A stretch of DNA of 64,000 nucleotides from Camelus dromedarius (GCF_036321535.1 NC_087436.1:99388001-99452000), one strand, 5' to 3'; numbered from the stretch's first letter, positions 36,056 through 49,574 are shown. The notes: generated from the sequence alone by a model not told the origin. Translations and numbers: made by a program.

Positions 36056-37997
36056 CCTGAGTGAATTAATTAACTATACTTAGCTTCTGCCCTGTACTCA
36101 AGAAAGTGAGTTCTGAGTTCATACATTAATCATAGAAAACAGAAAGATAAGATAGAACATAGTAAGTAGATTGCTGTAAACTACTTTTCCTTAACTTTGC
36201 CTTAAGACTAGTGACATGCATACTTGTGTTGAGAGCTATATATATCTTGCATCTAGGTTGTTTAACTCAAATTCCAGAGTTTATACTTACCCTTTGGCTT
36301 TAAGTTGCCATTACCTATGCTTTCCCCCTGATTGTATCATCATTTCCTATTATCTATTTTGGAGCAGACAAAAAGAAAACCATATGATGAAGCCGAGCAC
36401 CTGACATTGTGGAGTTCCATCAGTTAAACTTACTAAAGAGACAGTGAATGAAAACCAAAATGTTCATGACAAGTCTGTAGGTGATTTTATCTCCATTTCC
36501 ATAACTCTCACATTAATTAGTTTATACATTAAGGCTTTGCCTTAACGACAGCACATATTTCAGAGCAAGTTCAACAGCTTTCTGTGGTTGACACAGATAG
36601 CTACATTTTCTTCCTTGCAAACCTGGTCTGGGACCAAAGATAGATACAATTAGAGTGACAGCTGCATATCAGAACCAACTGTCCAGTACAAACTAGGGAG
36701 AAAGCTAAGTTTGAGGTTTAGTGTTAAGCTTTAAGAGGTCTTCTGCCTAACTAAGGACAAACTGATTTTTAAGCTGTGGGTAAGTAGAGTTGGGATGTGA
36801 GAGATAAGCGAGAGAAGCTGACAGATGCCTTGGAGAGCATAGAGGGCATCACATAGATGACGTATATATCAAAAGCTGATATATCTATGATTGTGCTGAA
36901 TATCCATCTCATATGGGTTTCCTTATATAAGAAGGCTTTTATTTGTGAAGATATTTTAGGGATACAGAGCCATTGTCCGGCTGGCAGCATGGGCCAGACT
37001 CATCCATTCTACTGTGCTTAGGCTGGTATATGAATACAAAATCTCAGAGCACACAATAAGGGGTGCTGTCTTTGGGGAATCCCTGCTGTGTTCATAGTTC
37101 AATGAATTATTTTCTCTTGCTTGAATACCCATTGCTTACTCTGAATTTGTTTTAATACATGAAGAGATTAAGGCTCAGAGACTATAAAAAATCCATGTAC
37201 CTTTCATAGAAAATTCCATTTGTCAAACACGGAGAAATAAAGGACTCCACTGAATCCTTTCTAACAGAAGGTGATGGGTTTATACGATCCAAACAGTGAT
37301 GATCCTGTAGTACCCAAAACTTTGTCATGTCCCCTGTGGTCTTACTTGTCAAACAGGAAGAATAATCAAACTACTGACAGGTCTGTCCCCGTGGTTCTCA
37401 GGAAAAATGGACACAGCTGCCAGAAACGGTCTGACATATGCTATTCCAGCCCACCGAAAGTCCAACACGTCCAGCCCGCTGCACAGACTTACTCATGAAG
37501 GGAAATGTCAAGTGGAGAAGCAGAGAAAAAAAGAAACACAATCTAAATACACATATGCATAATATCCGTGCAAGTATTGGGATTTCTGGCAGGTTTCTCT
37601 TAAGTAGCACCCATTTTCCCTGCTTCAGTTCTGAAATATTTGAAACATAAAACAAGAATGGCTCATGGTAACCTAAGAACTCCTCTATTATTGATTTTAG
37701 CCAGGCTGGAGGACATGACCGGGTATGTTAATCAAGTGGATCTGCAAATACTTAACTGCAGAATTAAGCACACTTCCCCATCTGGACCTGCAAGTGTTGA
37801 CCTTAAGGCAAGATTGTTTTTATGGCAGGAAGTGAGCTAGCCTTTAAAGAAACAGGAGACTTCTGACTTCCTGAAACATCTGATCCCCAAGGGAAAGAGG
37901 GGCCAAGCTCAGCAGAGAATGCTCAGTTATTCTTCCCAAATGTATCAGTTATATAATCTCTACACAACTCCTAGGCATGCATGACAGACAGACAAAG

Positions 37998-38134
37998 ACG
38001 CCTCGCTGGCCTGAGATGGTCTGTGTTCTGTCTATGGAATATGTGTCTCCTGGGGCTGTTCTCAGACAACCCACACTCTGTCTATGGAAGGTGTATCTCC
38101 CCAAATAAATCCAATTTCTCTTAAAAACAAAAAA
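37998..38134 (+). mobile_element. LTR R-region-like fragment ending in AATAAA plus A-rich tail (putative retrocopy)
   Basis: cctcgctggcctgagatggtctgtgttctgtctatggaat resembles ungulate ERV1 LTR R regions; AATAAA 38104-38109, A tail 38123-38134. Confidence 0.5.
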
Positions 38135-39394
38135 GAAGTAACTGTCCATGGGCTCTTCTAACCATTTATGGAAAAAAATATCAGACATAAGGATTTTCCC
38201 TCAATATATTGCTTTTTATATATACATTATTTTTGGCTCTCTGTGCCATATTTAGTTACATCTCTAAGAGCTGTATCTTTATTCATCAAATCTTCCATCC
38301 AGAGTTTATAAACACCTATTGAATTTTATATGCTTAGAGACTAAGTTTTTCATTTGAAAGTTTTCTAATTAATTATTTTTATATCCATCTATACTAATAT
38401 AATTTCTGCCTCTACTTGCTTTCTAATTTCCTGTTCTCCTCTGTAAATATTATTCCTTTTTTCTCTTTATACTACTGTAATGCCATTTTAGAATGCTCTG
38501 TTTTCCTTTTCATTTGGAGCAAAGTAATCTGCTTCATGTTTACACAGTTTCTTTTAAACTTTGTTTTCCATCTTGGGGTTTGGAATTTTGATATAAAGGC
38601 TCATCTTGAGGAGGAGCTTTTGTTTTGCTTTGTTCTACCTTTTCTTGTGTGCTTCATCCTCTAATAATTGTACGTTTGCCTCTATTGATCCCACATGGAC
38701 CCTAATCCATAGCTAACTCATTTTGGTGGCTCAAGCTTCTGCTACATTACATTATGTTACTAAAGATTTTGCAGACATATCCCTGAACCACTGGGGAGCT
38801 TGGTCTATCTATGTTACAGCCCATTTCCGTTTCTACTTTGAGGTACACAGTTACATATAAATTGTTGTCAGAGACCATTGTCAATTTTAGCTGTTTTCAG
38901 GTTTCCTTCAGGGTCAGAGGAATTCCACTGTAGTCTCTAGATTAGGCGGAGATTACTCTGTACTCTCCTTCTCTTGAGGTAGATTTAATTCCAGTTCCCA
39001 AGAAGATTCACCTGATTATTCATTAGGAGCCAGGTAAACCATTGGGTCTTTTTCAGTAGTTGTTGAAGATGGTGAGAGACTTATGTGGGAAATTGCTTTA
39101 TTTCCTTTCCTTTAGCTGTATTAAACCAATGACCCTGTGTACTTGGCTGCAGAGAACAGCCCCAGAAATTCTCCTGCCTTTATAAATATGTACTGATAGA
39201 TGACAAACAAATATATCTGTGTGTGTGTATATAAATACACACACACACACAAGATACATTAAAGTGACCAAAAAATTGTCTAAGTGTATAGTAGTCAAAA
39301 GGGAAAAAATTTGGACTAAACTTTACAACAAATGCTCTACTCTTTGTACCCATAGGGCTCCCTTTTTCCAGTGAACCCTTCCCTGTTGACCCCA

Positions 39395-39601
39395 GAGAAC
39401 AGCCTTCTATTAAGGCCTTCATGTGATTCCATGACGCTCACTCACATTGTCAGGAGTAATCTGCTTTACCAAAGTCCACCAAATTTAAGTGTTACTCTCA
39501 TCCAAAATATCCCACCTTCCCGGAAACATCCAGAGTAATATTTGATTACATATTTGTGTACCATGGCCCAGCCAAGTTGACACATAAAATTTACTACCAC
39601 A
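39395..39601 (-). mobile_element. MLT2 (ERVL) LTR fragment
   Basis: ccatggcccagccaagttgacacataaaatttactaccaca is the reverse complement of the MLT2 5' end. Confidence 0.85.
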
Positions 39602-39993
39602 GAGCAGCAGTCACCTCAAGGCTGGACTGGGAGAGGCTCCCCTGCCAAGCTGACTCTCTGTATCTTGATGAGGCTCAAGTTCTTGATAACTGTCAGCTGG
39701 AGACACAGTCCCTTACCACAGTTCTCTCTAGAACTGTTCACAACACAGTAGCTAGTTTCTCCCAGGTCAAGTGAGCTGAGAGAGAAAACAAGAAAGGATA
39801 CCCATAATGGAAGAACAGTCTTTTTATAACCTAATTTCAGAATTGACATACCTACCATCTCTTCTGTGATATTCTGTTCTTTGGAGGTGAGTCAGTAGGT
39901 CCAGTCCACATTCTAGGAGAGGGGACTACCCATGAATTTGAGTGGCAGTAAGCAGAGATCATCGGGAGCCATCTTAGAGGCTGCGCACCTCAG
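39602..39993 (-). mobile_element. MLT1F-like LTR
   Basis: gatcatcgggagccatcttagaggctgcgcacctca is the reverse of the MLT1F 5' end; ttttataacctaatttcagaattgacata. Confidence 0.75.
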
Positions 39994-40166
39994 TGTGTGT
40001 ATAATTCAAGTATGGTTATTATGTATTTTCAATGGCAGAAAAATGTTAAAAGTTCTCATTTTTTTGCACTGATTGTTTTCAGTATCAAAAGGACAGTAAG
40101 AAAAGACACTTCCTCTGCATCATCACCCTCAGCATGCTTATTTTAAAGTGCATATGATGTCTCATT

Positions 40167-40403
40167 GAGGAATCAGCAGTGTATGGCCTGAGGGCCACAT
40201 TCAGCATCCGCCTGTTTTCCCTATGGCCTACTTGATAAGAATGTTTCTTACACTTTTAAAGTGTTTGCAAAACAAAACAGAACAAAACAAACAAACAAAA
40301 ATGAAATAAAGAATAATACAAATGCAACAAAAATTACATGTGACCAACAAAGCTTATAATATTTCCTGTCTGATCCAATAGAAAAAAAATTTGCCAACCT
40401 TGA
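40167..40403. mobile_element. hAT-Charlie MER58B-like
   Basis: tatggcctgagggccacattcagc..gcctgtttt..taagaatgtttcttacacttttaaa..caaagcttataatatttcctgtctg..aaaaaatttgccaaccttg. Confidence 0.8.
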
Positions 40404-41721
40404 TCTGGTTTTACTTTCAGGAGGGTAATGAATAAAATACAAATTTCATTGGATATGTAATTCACCAAATTATATTTTGAAATTAATATGGAACAGTAAA
40501 GGAAAAACAATTTTCCCTTTTATATTTTATTATAAGTGATACAAATTAACAAATAATCCATGATCCTATTTTTCCTACTTTTGATTTCCCTCAAAGTACA
40601 TTTAAGTTATTATGAATCGTATGAGGTGGTAAATTCCAGCTTGATATCTGTGTATGGAAAGTAAAGGACAAAAAGGCTAATACAGAGAAATCCCAGGGTG
40701 AAAAACAATAGTTGATGGACTGTAGTAAGAGAAGACTGGATTCATACATTCATTTCTGTAGGATGTTCATCTTTTTGACACATCACAGTGGGTGAAACCT
40801 TCCAAAATGAAGAGAGGACTCAGGTCAGTGGGTTTCTGAGAGCAGGCTTCAACAAACCCCTGCATTTTGTCCATGGGGGAGAGAAAGAAGAGAGGAAGTG
40901 AACAGTCTATTGATTGTTTAATATTTACTGAGTAGTTGCAATCATAGGGAACCTGGAATACTTTTGAACCACCACTGTATTTAATGACGAGATTTTGAAA
41001 TCCTATACCAAACTCTGCCTCCCATGCAAGCCCATCAGGCTTGGAAAGCAAACAGATCCACTGATCTTTTTATCTCTGTTGCCTCATCCTGCCATTCCTG
41101 AGGATGGAAACCTGGGGTTTGAGAGTAAACAGCAGAGATCTCTTTTTTGTTTGTTTGTAGGCTAATCAGGATTTTTTAAATCATAAGACAGAGATATCGA
41201 TAGTAGTATTAGCTAGTATTTTTGGAGTCCCTATTATGTACTAGGCGTAGTTCTGTTTGATGCTAGAGCTGGGTTCCATAGTCCCCACTCTTAAAATCAC
41301 CATGTAATACTGCTTCCTACAGTAGACATGGAACAGGCGTTACTATTCATTTCTGATCTTTAAAGTAAGAATTAGGGCTCGCAGTTTTCAGATTCTCATT
41401 TCATCAGTGCTGTTTCTCTTTGTTGCTCTTGTTTTTTTATGTTTCCTTCTTTTCCTAATAGTTCCTTCTGACCTTCCATTTAAAAATTGCATAGTGATTA
41501 TACAATTTATATCCCTGTTTTCAGTTCAAATTAAATTCATATTTATCTTAGATTTTTTTTAAATGGTGGGATAATATTTCAGAGCTACAGAAGTATTGAT
41601 CTCCCTTTTCTAGAGAAGGTGTTCTGAATTTCCACATATAAAGCTAAATCATCTTGCCTTTCATATTTCATGGAAAATATTAACTCTGCTTTAATCTACT
41701 TCTCCACACACATATTTTATA

Positions 41722-41756
<35 letters not shown>

Positions 41757-43179
41757 AACACATTTATTTTTTTTTTGAAAATGTATTATTGTGCTGTATT
41801 TTTAGGGAATTATACATTTTTAAAAATCTATCATTTACTGAACATATATTATTCCCCAAGTTATAAATACTTATTTAATTTTTCTAGTGAACATATAAAA
41901 TGCCTGTTTTTCAAAGAGTAAAAGATTTTGGAAGCTAAAAAACTTTCACTTGTAAGATTCAAGACTTATTTTAACAATTATGCTATATCAATAGTAATAA
42001 TAAACTTTTATATCCATTTTTTTAAAGTTGATAATATACTCTAATTCAGACAGCTTTACTTTTTGTTAGTAACTGAAGTAAGCCAGTTATTACTACATAA
42101 ATCTACTTTTACGACTGAAAAAACTAAAGGCTCTGGAAAGTCTTAGTTACTTAATCAGAGTGACCTGACTAAACCTAGCAAGATTGGGGAAGGAACTTTA
42201 GTCTCTTAAGTCTCAGTCCAGTGACCTTTCCTCTGAACTGAATCATACAACAATGTTTATTCAGTGGAGAGTCTCAATTTATGCAGAAACTCAGTTTTCT
42301 TCTGCAACAGTGATGAAGTATGTATTTTGCACAGTGAATATGAGAAAAGCTGCATCTGCAAGAGGGAGAAAATTCAGTTTTCCTCAGTTTTAGGTTTCTT
42401 TGGGACCCATTAGATTCACTATAGTTTTCCTGATTTTTTTTTTTTTTTCCTTCAGGGCATGCTGAAAGCTGTTTGTAGTTAAAAATGAAGGCTCTTGAGT
42501 TGCTTGAAGGCAATCCAGGTTGAACAAGAATTTGGCTATCCTCAACAATGTCTCTTATCTTTACTTAGTAATGACATTTTTTAAAAAAGTAAAACTATTG
42601 CCCTGGGTACCCTAAAATTGATATAATTTATCCAATACAATTTTTACCATGCTCTTGTGTTATATTTTATGACACTATGAACTCATTTGCTATGATCTGA
42701 GACACAGTTCTTCATACTGGAACAAGAAGGAAATATGAACAGAGCTTTAAGTCCATGAGTTATTGGTTACCTGGAGAGGCAAGAGGCTCATGTTTGATAG
42801 AAAAATAAATGATCCTTTATCTTCTATTGTACAGTTTGGCTAATTGGTTGTTTTATTTGTGTAAAGAAACATTTAATTATATCAGTTCATGTATAAGGTA
42901 TTTTGTGAATATAACAATTAATAAGATACTTTCCCTACCATCAAGAGCCAATAATCTAGAAAAGGCAAGCTAGTGAACAGACTTTCATAATAATAAGGAT
43001 TAAATGCTGTAAACTTTATGTACAAGATGGGATAAGAAAGCCAAGGAAAGTCACCTAAACAAGTCTTGAAAGAAAAAGCATCAAGAAGACTATCTAAGAA
43101 ATGATGCATAAATTAAACTTAAATGTTAAGAATAAGTTAGCCCTGGAAATAAGGAGAAGTACAGGAGTAAACAATAGTA

Positions 43180-43480
43180 ATGCTCACTAAGAGGTCTAGC
43201 TTTCCTTTTGAAGTTAGATAAGGTCATGTGATTTGTTTAGCCAAGTGGATGTGGCCAATGTGAGGAAAGGTAACATGGTTTTACCAATGGACAGAGCAGT
43301 TAAGGGCCAGGATGCACTGTTCCATTATCTTACCATGATTCAGTGAAACTTGAAGACTCAATTTGGGATGGAAGCTCCTTGAGGTGGTAGAGTCTCCAAC
43401 TGCCTGAGTCTTACACTGCTAATATTTTAGTGGTTTTTCTCATTGTGGCACAGCTTATCTTACCTTGACTGATTCATACA
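43180..43480 (+). mobile_element. MLT1H/J-like LTR fragment
   Basis: gaagttagataaggtcatgtgatttgtttagccaa...ttgtggcacagcttatcttaccttgactgattca. Confidence 0.55.
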
Positions 43481-43659
43481 TGATTTTTCAAGTGGTAAGT
43501 AATCCAAAACGAGGAGTTAGAGTGACAAGAAATAACACTAAGACACAGCAGAGATTAAAGTATTAAAGATTTTGTATGCTAATTTCAATGAATTTGGATT
43601 TTATCTTGTGACTAGGCACATAAGCTATATAAATGAATCAACATATTGTTAGCCTAGAG

Positions 43660-43873
43660 CAAGGTTTCACAACCTGGGCACTGTTGGCATTTTGGGCCAG
43701 ATAATTTTTTGATGAGGAATTGTCCTATGCCTTGAGAATGTTTAGCAACATTCCTGGCTTATACCCACTAGGTGATAGTTGCACCTTCTCCCCGATTTGT
43801 GAAAACTAAAAATGGCTCCATATATTGCCAGATGTCCCCCAGAGGGCAAAATCAACCTGAGTTGAAATTATTG
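43660..43873. mobile_element. hAT-Charlie MER20
   Basis: caaggtttcacaacctgggcactgttggcattttgggccagataatt...tgtttagcaacattcctggc...aaaatggctccatatattgccagatgtcccc. Confidence 0.85.
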
Positions 43874-44999
43874 ACATAGAAGAAAGGGAAAATCCATGTA
43901 AGATAAGCAACATTGAAAACTATCATAACTGTGAAAGATCATTTACATTTTCTGAACTGGAGTATGCATAATTTTATTTGAATTTTACAAAAATGCTTTG
44001 ATTATGGCATTGAAAATGGGATGGAGAAGGGCAATATTCATTGTGGATAAACCTCCTTGTAAGGATATAGACATTATATGGTTCCTGAAGAATGCCAGAA
44101 GTTCAGTCTGCTCCCTGACTGCTCTGGCTTTTATCCCATATCTGTGAGACAAAGACATCTTAATAAAAGTTGGTTAACCTAGAATTTCAGAACAGTCTGA
44201 TACTCTGCATTAAATGGAATAGAAAAAATATATATTATACATAAAAAATTTGGACTTTGATGTATGAATGATCAATGTAGAGAACTGGATAATTGTCTAA
44301 TCCAGTGCCTAGGGCTAGTTGGAAATCTAGTACATTCTAATTAACCTTTTGTTGATGTAGCTTGTTGTAATTTAGAATGAGGTTAAGAACTGTGGATCTG
44401 GATATTAATTTTACCTCGTGTGCACTGCCTTCATGGTTTGTATCAAGATTTTTCTTTACATTTTAATTTTGTTATGCATATAATAGTTCTAATAGCCTTC
44501 TGTTTCATATAATTATTCTAAATATTAAATAAGGTAATATTATGATTGTTAAAATCATGGCAAATTGAATGTAAATACATTGCTTATCTGTAAGACTCTT
44601 AGAATTTTCAAAGATTATTAGATTACATTTTTTAAATACCTGAATGAAACTAAATTTGTTAGTTTTCTTATTTGCATCTTATGTTTTGCAGGTATTTGCT
44701 TTTGTACCATCAAAATATGTAGTTCTCCCCAAATTCTTTCTTTCATTTAATCTGTCTGAGCTTTTTTTGCACTCCTTTCTCCTCCTTTTATAAAGATGGA
44801 GGAATACTACATGTTTTCAGGCCATTTATATATTTCTATTGGATTGCTTCAGACAGAATAGGATAACCAGAGGGAGTAACTCCTGTAAAGAAGTGTAGGC
44901 TAATTCTTTCATTTTTAAAGACAGTGTTTCTATGCTTCAGTACATAAGGAAATACTGTACTAGATTAAAATACATTTCAAAGGAAAAAGACACATATAT

Positions 45000-46130
45000 T
45001 TGTATTTGTATTCATTGAACATATACTAGAGGTCTATCAAGACCTATCATAGGTGCTGGAGATACTAATGCAAACATTCAAACCACTTTTCCCTCACTAA
45101 AATTGAAATCCAATGGATGAGATGGCTAAAAAACACAAGAATCTTCAACAAATCATGATAAATGTAATCGTAGAAAATCTAGAATGCCATGGGAAATAAA
45201 GGGATAGAAGATACACCTACTTAAGTCTGTGTAGGGTGCCAGTGACTTGGAAGAGGTATCCCCTTATCCAGAGATTTTATAAAAGTAAGAGTGAGATAAA
45301 GAAACTGAAATTGCACTAGATAAAGAGAGCAGCATAACAAAGGCCAGGTCAAAGGAATGAATGATTCTCAGGGAAATTGAAAGTAGATCATTATGTCTGG
45401 AGTGTGGAATATAAGCACAGTAATAACCATAGATTAACAGGCAGGTCAGGCAGGGACTTGCAAGGCATATAAAGACATTTTCTTTTCTCCTAAGAGAATT
45501 GGGAGCTATCAAGGCATTGAGCTACTACAGTGAACAGAACAATAAGATCAAATTAAGAGAGTGATTTGTGATGCACAGTGACGAATGAATTGGCATCAAG
45601 GCAGGCAATTTAGTTATTACACTACTCTAATGTCAAAAAATATAGTTGCTGGTGTTTTCCTAGGTTAATGGGAGACAGAACTGTGAAATGTAGACAGAAT
45701 TATGGAAGATTTATCTTGACTTGGTGGTTGATTTGATGTATGGGATATGGGAATGGGAAGAATCAACGCACGATGTATCCAAGGTTTCCTGAATGACCTG
45801 TGTGCACAGTGAGGCTGTTAAATGACATAGAGAACACCAGAGAAGAAATAAGTATGAGAGAGAATAATGAAGTTGAGTGTTAGGGTTTTATTGGAATTTC
45901 AAGCTGTATTTTCATTTGGCTATTTAGGACTGGAGCTCAGGTGAGAGAAATAGCCTGACGATATAGATCAAAAAGTCATTAGTATGTTGATTGAAATGTT
46001 AATATGTGAGATTACCTGGGCCAAGTGTATGAAGTGATAAGAGAGGTGAGTTGCAGATAGAAGAAATTCTGAAATTTAAGGTGCAGTTGAAGAACCATGC
46101 TAAAGAGACTGAGAAGATAGAAGAAAAAAC
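45000..46130 (-). mobile_element. L2 long fragment
   Basis: tattcattgaacatatactagag..aggtgctggagatac (reverse L2 3' end), gcaggtcaggcagggacttgcaaggcatataaagac, ggactggagctcaggtgagaga. Confidence 0.75.
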
Positions 46131-46522
46131 CAACATACTGCTACATCTTGGAGGTCAGTGTAAACAACTATGCTTTGAAAAGAAAAAATGTAAATCTAAA
46201 TTTATAGATATTAATATAGTAACAACATTAGCCATGAAAGAAGTATGGTACTGCTCTTGTAGAAAGAAAGCAACTTCAAGGAAAACTTAATGACTCCCCA
46301 ATTAGAAATTACAGTGTCCCTTTACATTATATTTAGAAGTCCAAGAGAAAAGTCCTTATGAAATTTCCAGTGTTATACTCTTAAACCATCTCAATCTTAA
46401 AACATCTGTCTTTCCATAGACCAAGGGTATTGTATTAATAGTATTAATAGTCAGGTTTTGAAGGGGCGAGGGGTACTTGCTTTTTCATCTTTGCAGTGGT
46501 TACATGTGTCTTATTCTTAAAA

Positions 46523-46594
46523 ATTCCTCACTTTCACAGCATCATTCCTCACTTTCACAGCATGATGTTCCCATCATCCTTTCTGATGGGAACA
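46523..46594. repeat. 21-bp-period tandem duplication followed by 11-bp perfect inverted repeat
   Basis: attcctcactttcacagcat at 46523-46542 and 46544-46563; tgttcccatca (46566-46576) / 7-nt loop / tgatgggaaca (46584-46594). Confidence 0.95.
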
Positions 46595-48029
46595 CATTAA
46601 AGCAGCCTTTTCCCCATTCTTCCCTGTATGCTTCTTCATAGTGAATTAACAGTTGCTCAATATGGTGCACATTTCCTTTTAATATTAATGGCCCAGTAAA
46701 TTGTACACAGACAATTTAAAGAGGAAGCTGTATCCTCAGAAACTTTGTAAAATGGGATGGAGGAAAGGTAGCAAAATGTAAATATAGACTGAAAAGCTCA
46801 CTAATGATGTTTACTTTGTCGCTTAGCTGCTGATTTGTGGATTGGGTCATTCAAAAACAGAACTTCTGCTCAGCTTTAGAAACAGTCTTTGTGTTCCTTA
46901 TTTTATTGCAGCCATGGTATAAGAGTGGCAGTTTCACAGTAAGCATCTGGACTGATGCTATTCATTAACAATTGTACAGTATATCATAGGAAAAATAATG
47001 TTCTGTTTCAGTATGAATTTCAAAATGTTTTTAAATCCTTAACTGAACGTCTGTCTTACTCATACACTATATGCATAATGACATTATTTTTCATTAATAA
47101 GGTAAGAATGAAAACATTTAAATTGAAAAGTTCAAGGTAAACTTTTAAAAAGACAGCTATGTGAAAACCTGTATGTTATGCAATAGGAAAAAACAATCCG
47201 TCTCGTTAGCTAGATTTCCCACTCAGCCCAGCTGGGCAATTCCAGTGATCTGGGGAGTTGAAGTGATCATGAGCCAATGATTATTCATTTGTATGAGCCG
47301 CCCAGCATAACCTGCCAGTAATAGTTACCCACATTCAGCATCTGTGCATAGACACTGATAGGGGTAATTGTGATGGCAGCCAAAATGGCAAGTCCCAGCA
47401 TGTCCTGGGCTTGAACACAGCTATTCAAATGAAAGAACATTTTCAAATTGCTTGAACTAGTATAAATTCCCCAGCGAATTTGACCCATATAGTCACGGGC
47501 AGATTATGGTTCCAAAGACTGGCTCAAATCTACTCTAGATTGACTACCAATCATATTAAGAAAAGTTGTATTAAAAAAAAAAACTAATGCAAATTTCAGG
47601 CATATAAGCATCAGACAAAATGCATGCCATTATACTAGCAATTAGTCTTCTGGAATCATGCACACTGTCAACTTACTTTGTTATAAAGTAGAAAAGTGTC
47701 TCATATACATATAAATGTGTATATATATTTATTCATTATAAATACATTTATTGGTATTGATTATTTAATAAACGAGCTTAGAGCTTTATATAATTGTATA
47801 AAGTGTTATCTGACTGTTGTATTTTAAATATTTTTATGGTAGACTTTATTACTGTAGTCTGTCCTCTATGAAGTAATGCCATTCATTCATTCATTCATTC
47901 TTCAAACAAATATTTATTGAGTAATTACTCTATGCAAGGTTTAATCAGTGGCAGAAATGACTGACTGCATCTCATGCTGAATTGCGTCCATTGCATGTGT
48001 CTGTCTGATTTCATTTGCACCATAGTTTA

Positions 48030-48220
48030 AGTCGGTGGTTTCCAAAGATATTTTCCTAAGTAACACCTGGTTGCTTATTCAAAAGATACATTTCTAGGCT
48101 TTATTAGGAAAGATTCAAATTCAGTACTTCTGAAAGGCAGTCTAGCTATCTGCTTTTCTGACATGTATTCCAGATGACTGTGACATGATTATTGTGAAGA
48201 TCATCTTTTCAGAGACACTG
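48030..48220. mobile_element. hAT-Charlie MER5-like
   Basis: gtggtttccaaa..acacctggttgcttattcaaaagatacatttctagg..aattcagta..tatctgcttttctgaca..cagatgactgtga. Confidence 0.5.
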
Positions 48221-49574
48221 ATCTCACTAATTAACTATGCTACCCAGACAAAAGGTATTGAAGGAGAGAGAGAAATAAGAATGGAGGGAAAATAACTTAT
48301 AATGATAAGATTTTGTGCATTAGAAATTACATATATATTTTTAAAAAAGAAATTACATATATTATTTCCATGCCTTCCCTGTTCTTATCACAGGTACTCA
48401 CCCAAATGTGTATATTTTTGTCCTTGAATGAAAAATCTGTTTTTCATGTGTTTCAATTTATATGACATTATGTTATAGATAGTGTTTGTTTCTTATTTAT
48501 TCATTCAGCAGTAAAGATGAACATATATGTTACTCTTTATTATGTAGATAGATTATGTACCTTCTAAATCTAGGAGAAAATGTTGTAGGTATATATAATT
48601 CATTATATAATTTGACTATTCAGATTATTTCTTTGTGTGTTTCTAGCACATTTTTGTTTGTTTATTTCATCTCTATAGCCTTCAACATTCTTCTGCACAA
48701 ACAATACTATTATGAGTGTATCCTTCTATGGAAACTTTGAGTTTCCTTGTGCAAGAATGGAACTGCTAGTTCATAAGGTATCGAATGAGTCATCTAGATG
48801 TAGCGGTATTCTCGTTCGGGGAAGATGATTGATGCAAACTAGGTGCAAATCCTTATCCATTGTGCTATCATCTATAAAAGATGGCATTTCAGAACTCCAT
48901 TAAGGGATGGATAGAACTTACATTGTTGCAAAAGAGAAAAAATGTTTCAGGAAGAGGAAAACCCACGTACAAAGGCAGGGGAAAGTAAAAGTTCATGTCT
49001 TGAATCTCCAGCAGGTACAAATGCTTTTATCTGAAGGCTGCAAGTAGTTGAGGTTTCAAAAGATGCAGTTAGAGAGACAGGTTGAATTTGAGCTATGAAG
49101 AGCCTTGTAGAAATCCCTCTAAGGATTTCAGCAGGTGACCCATCACAATTTGATTTTTTTCCAGTTATTTTGTCATTCCGCTGGCCCAATTAAATCTATG
49201 CCTAGGATTAATGGGGCAGAGTTAACTGCTTTTTCGCTCTTCTTAGATAGCACATTCATTATACTAGTAATCATCTGCTGATAATATGTTTGTTTTTATC
49301 AATTAAAATTAAAGAGAGAGAGGAAAATGTCACAGCTTGCTATGCTAGCCCAGATGTTCAGGTTACTACTTCTGAGTTTGAGGAAACAGGTCTCTCTCTC
49401 TTCAAGATTGCTTCCAAACCATTACTCTACAACCTTGACTCAAGAACACTTTTTCTTTGAGTTTTATGCTGTTGACTTTATCTTGCTGTGATATACAAGC
49501 ATCCAAATGACTCTTTCATAAAGATTTAGGATTAATTCCTGATTAATTGCTAGTTAATTTCTTACCTAGGCTAG

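Noticed and set aside
37297..37378. C/D-box snoRNA-like pair (GTGATGA ... CTGA, about 80 nt)
   Set aside because: No terminal stem, no clear C'/D' boxes, and no rRNA-complementary guide recognised.
48947..49189. 80-aa minus-strand ORF in unique sequence
   Set aside because: Non-ATG start and no homology recognised; more consistent with non-coding sequence.
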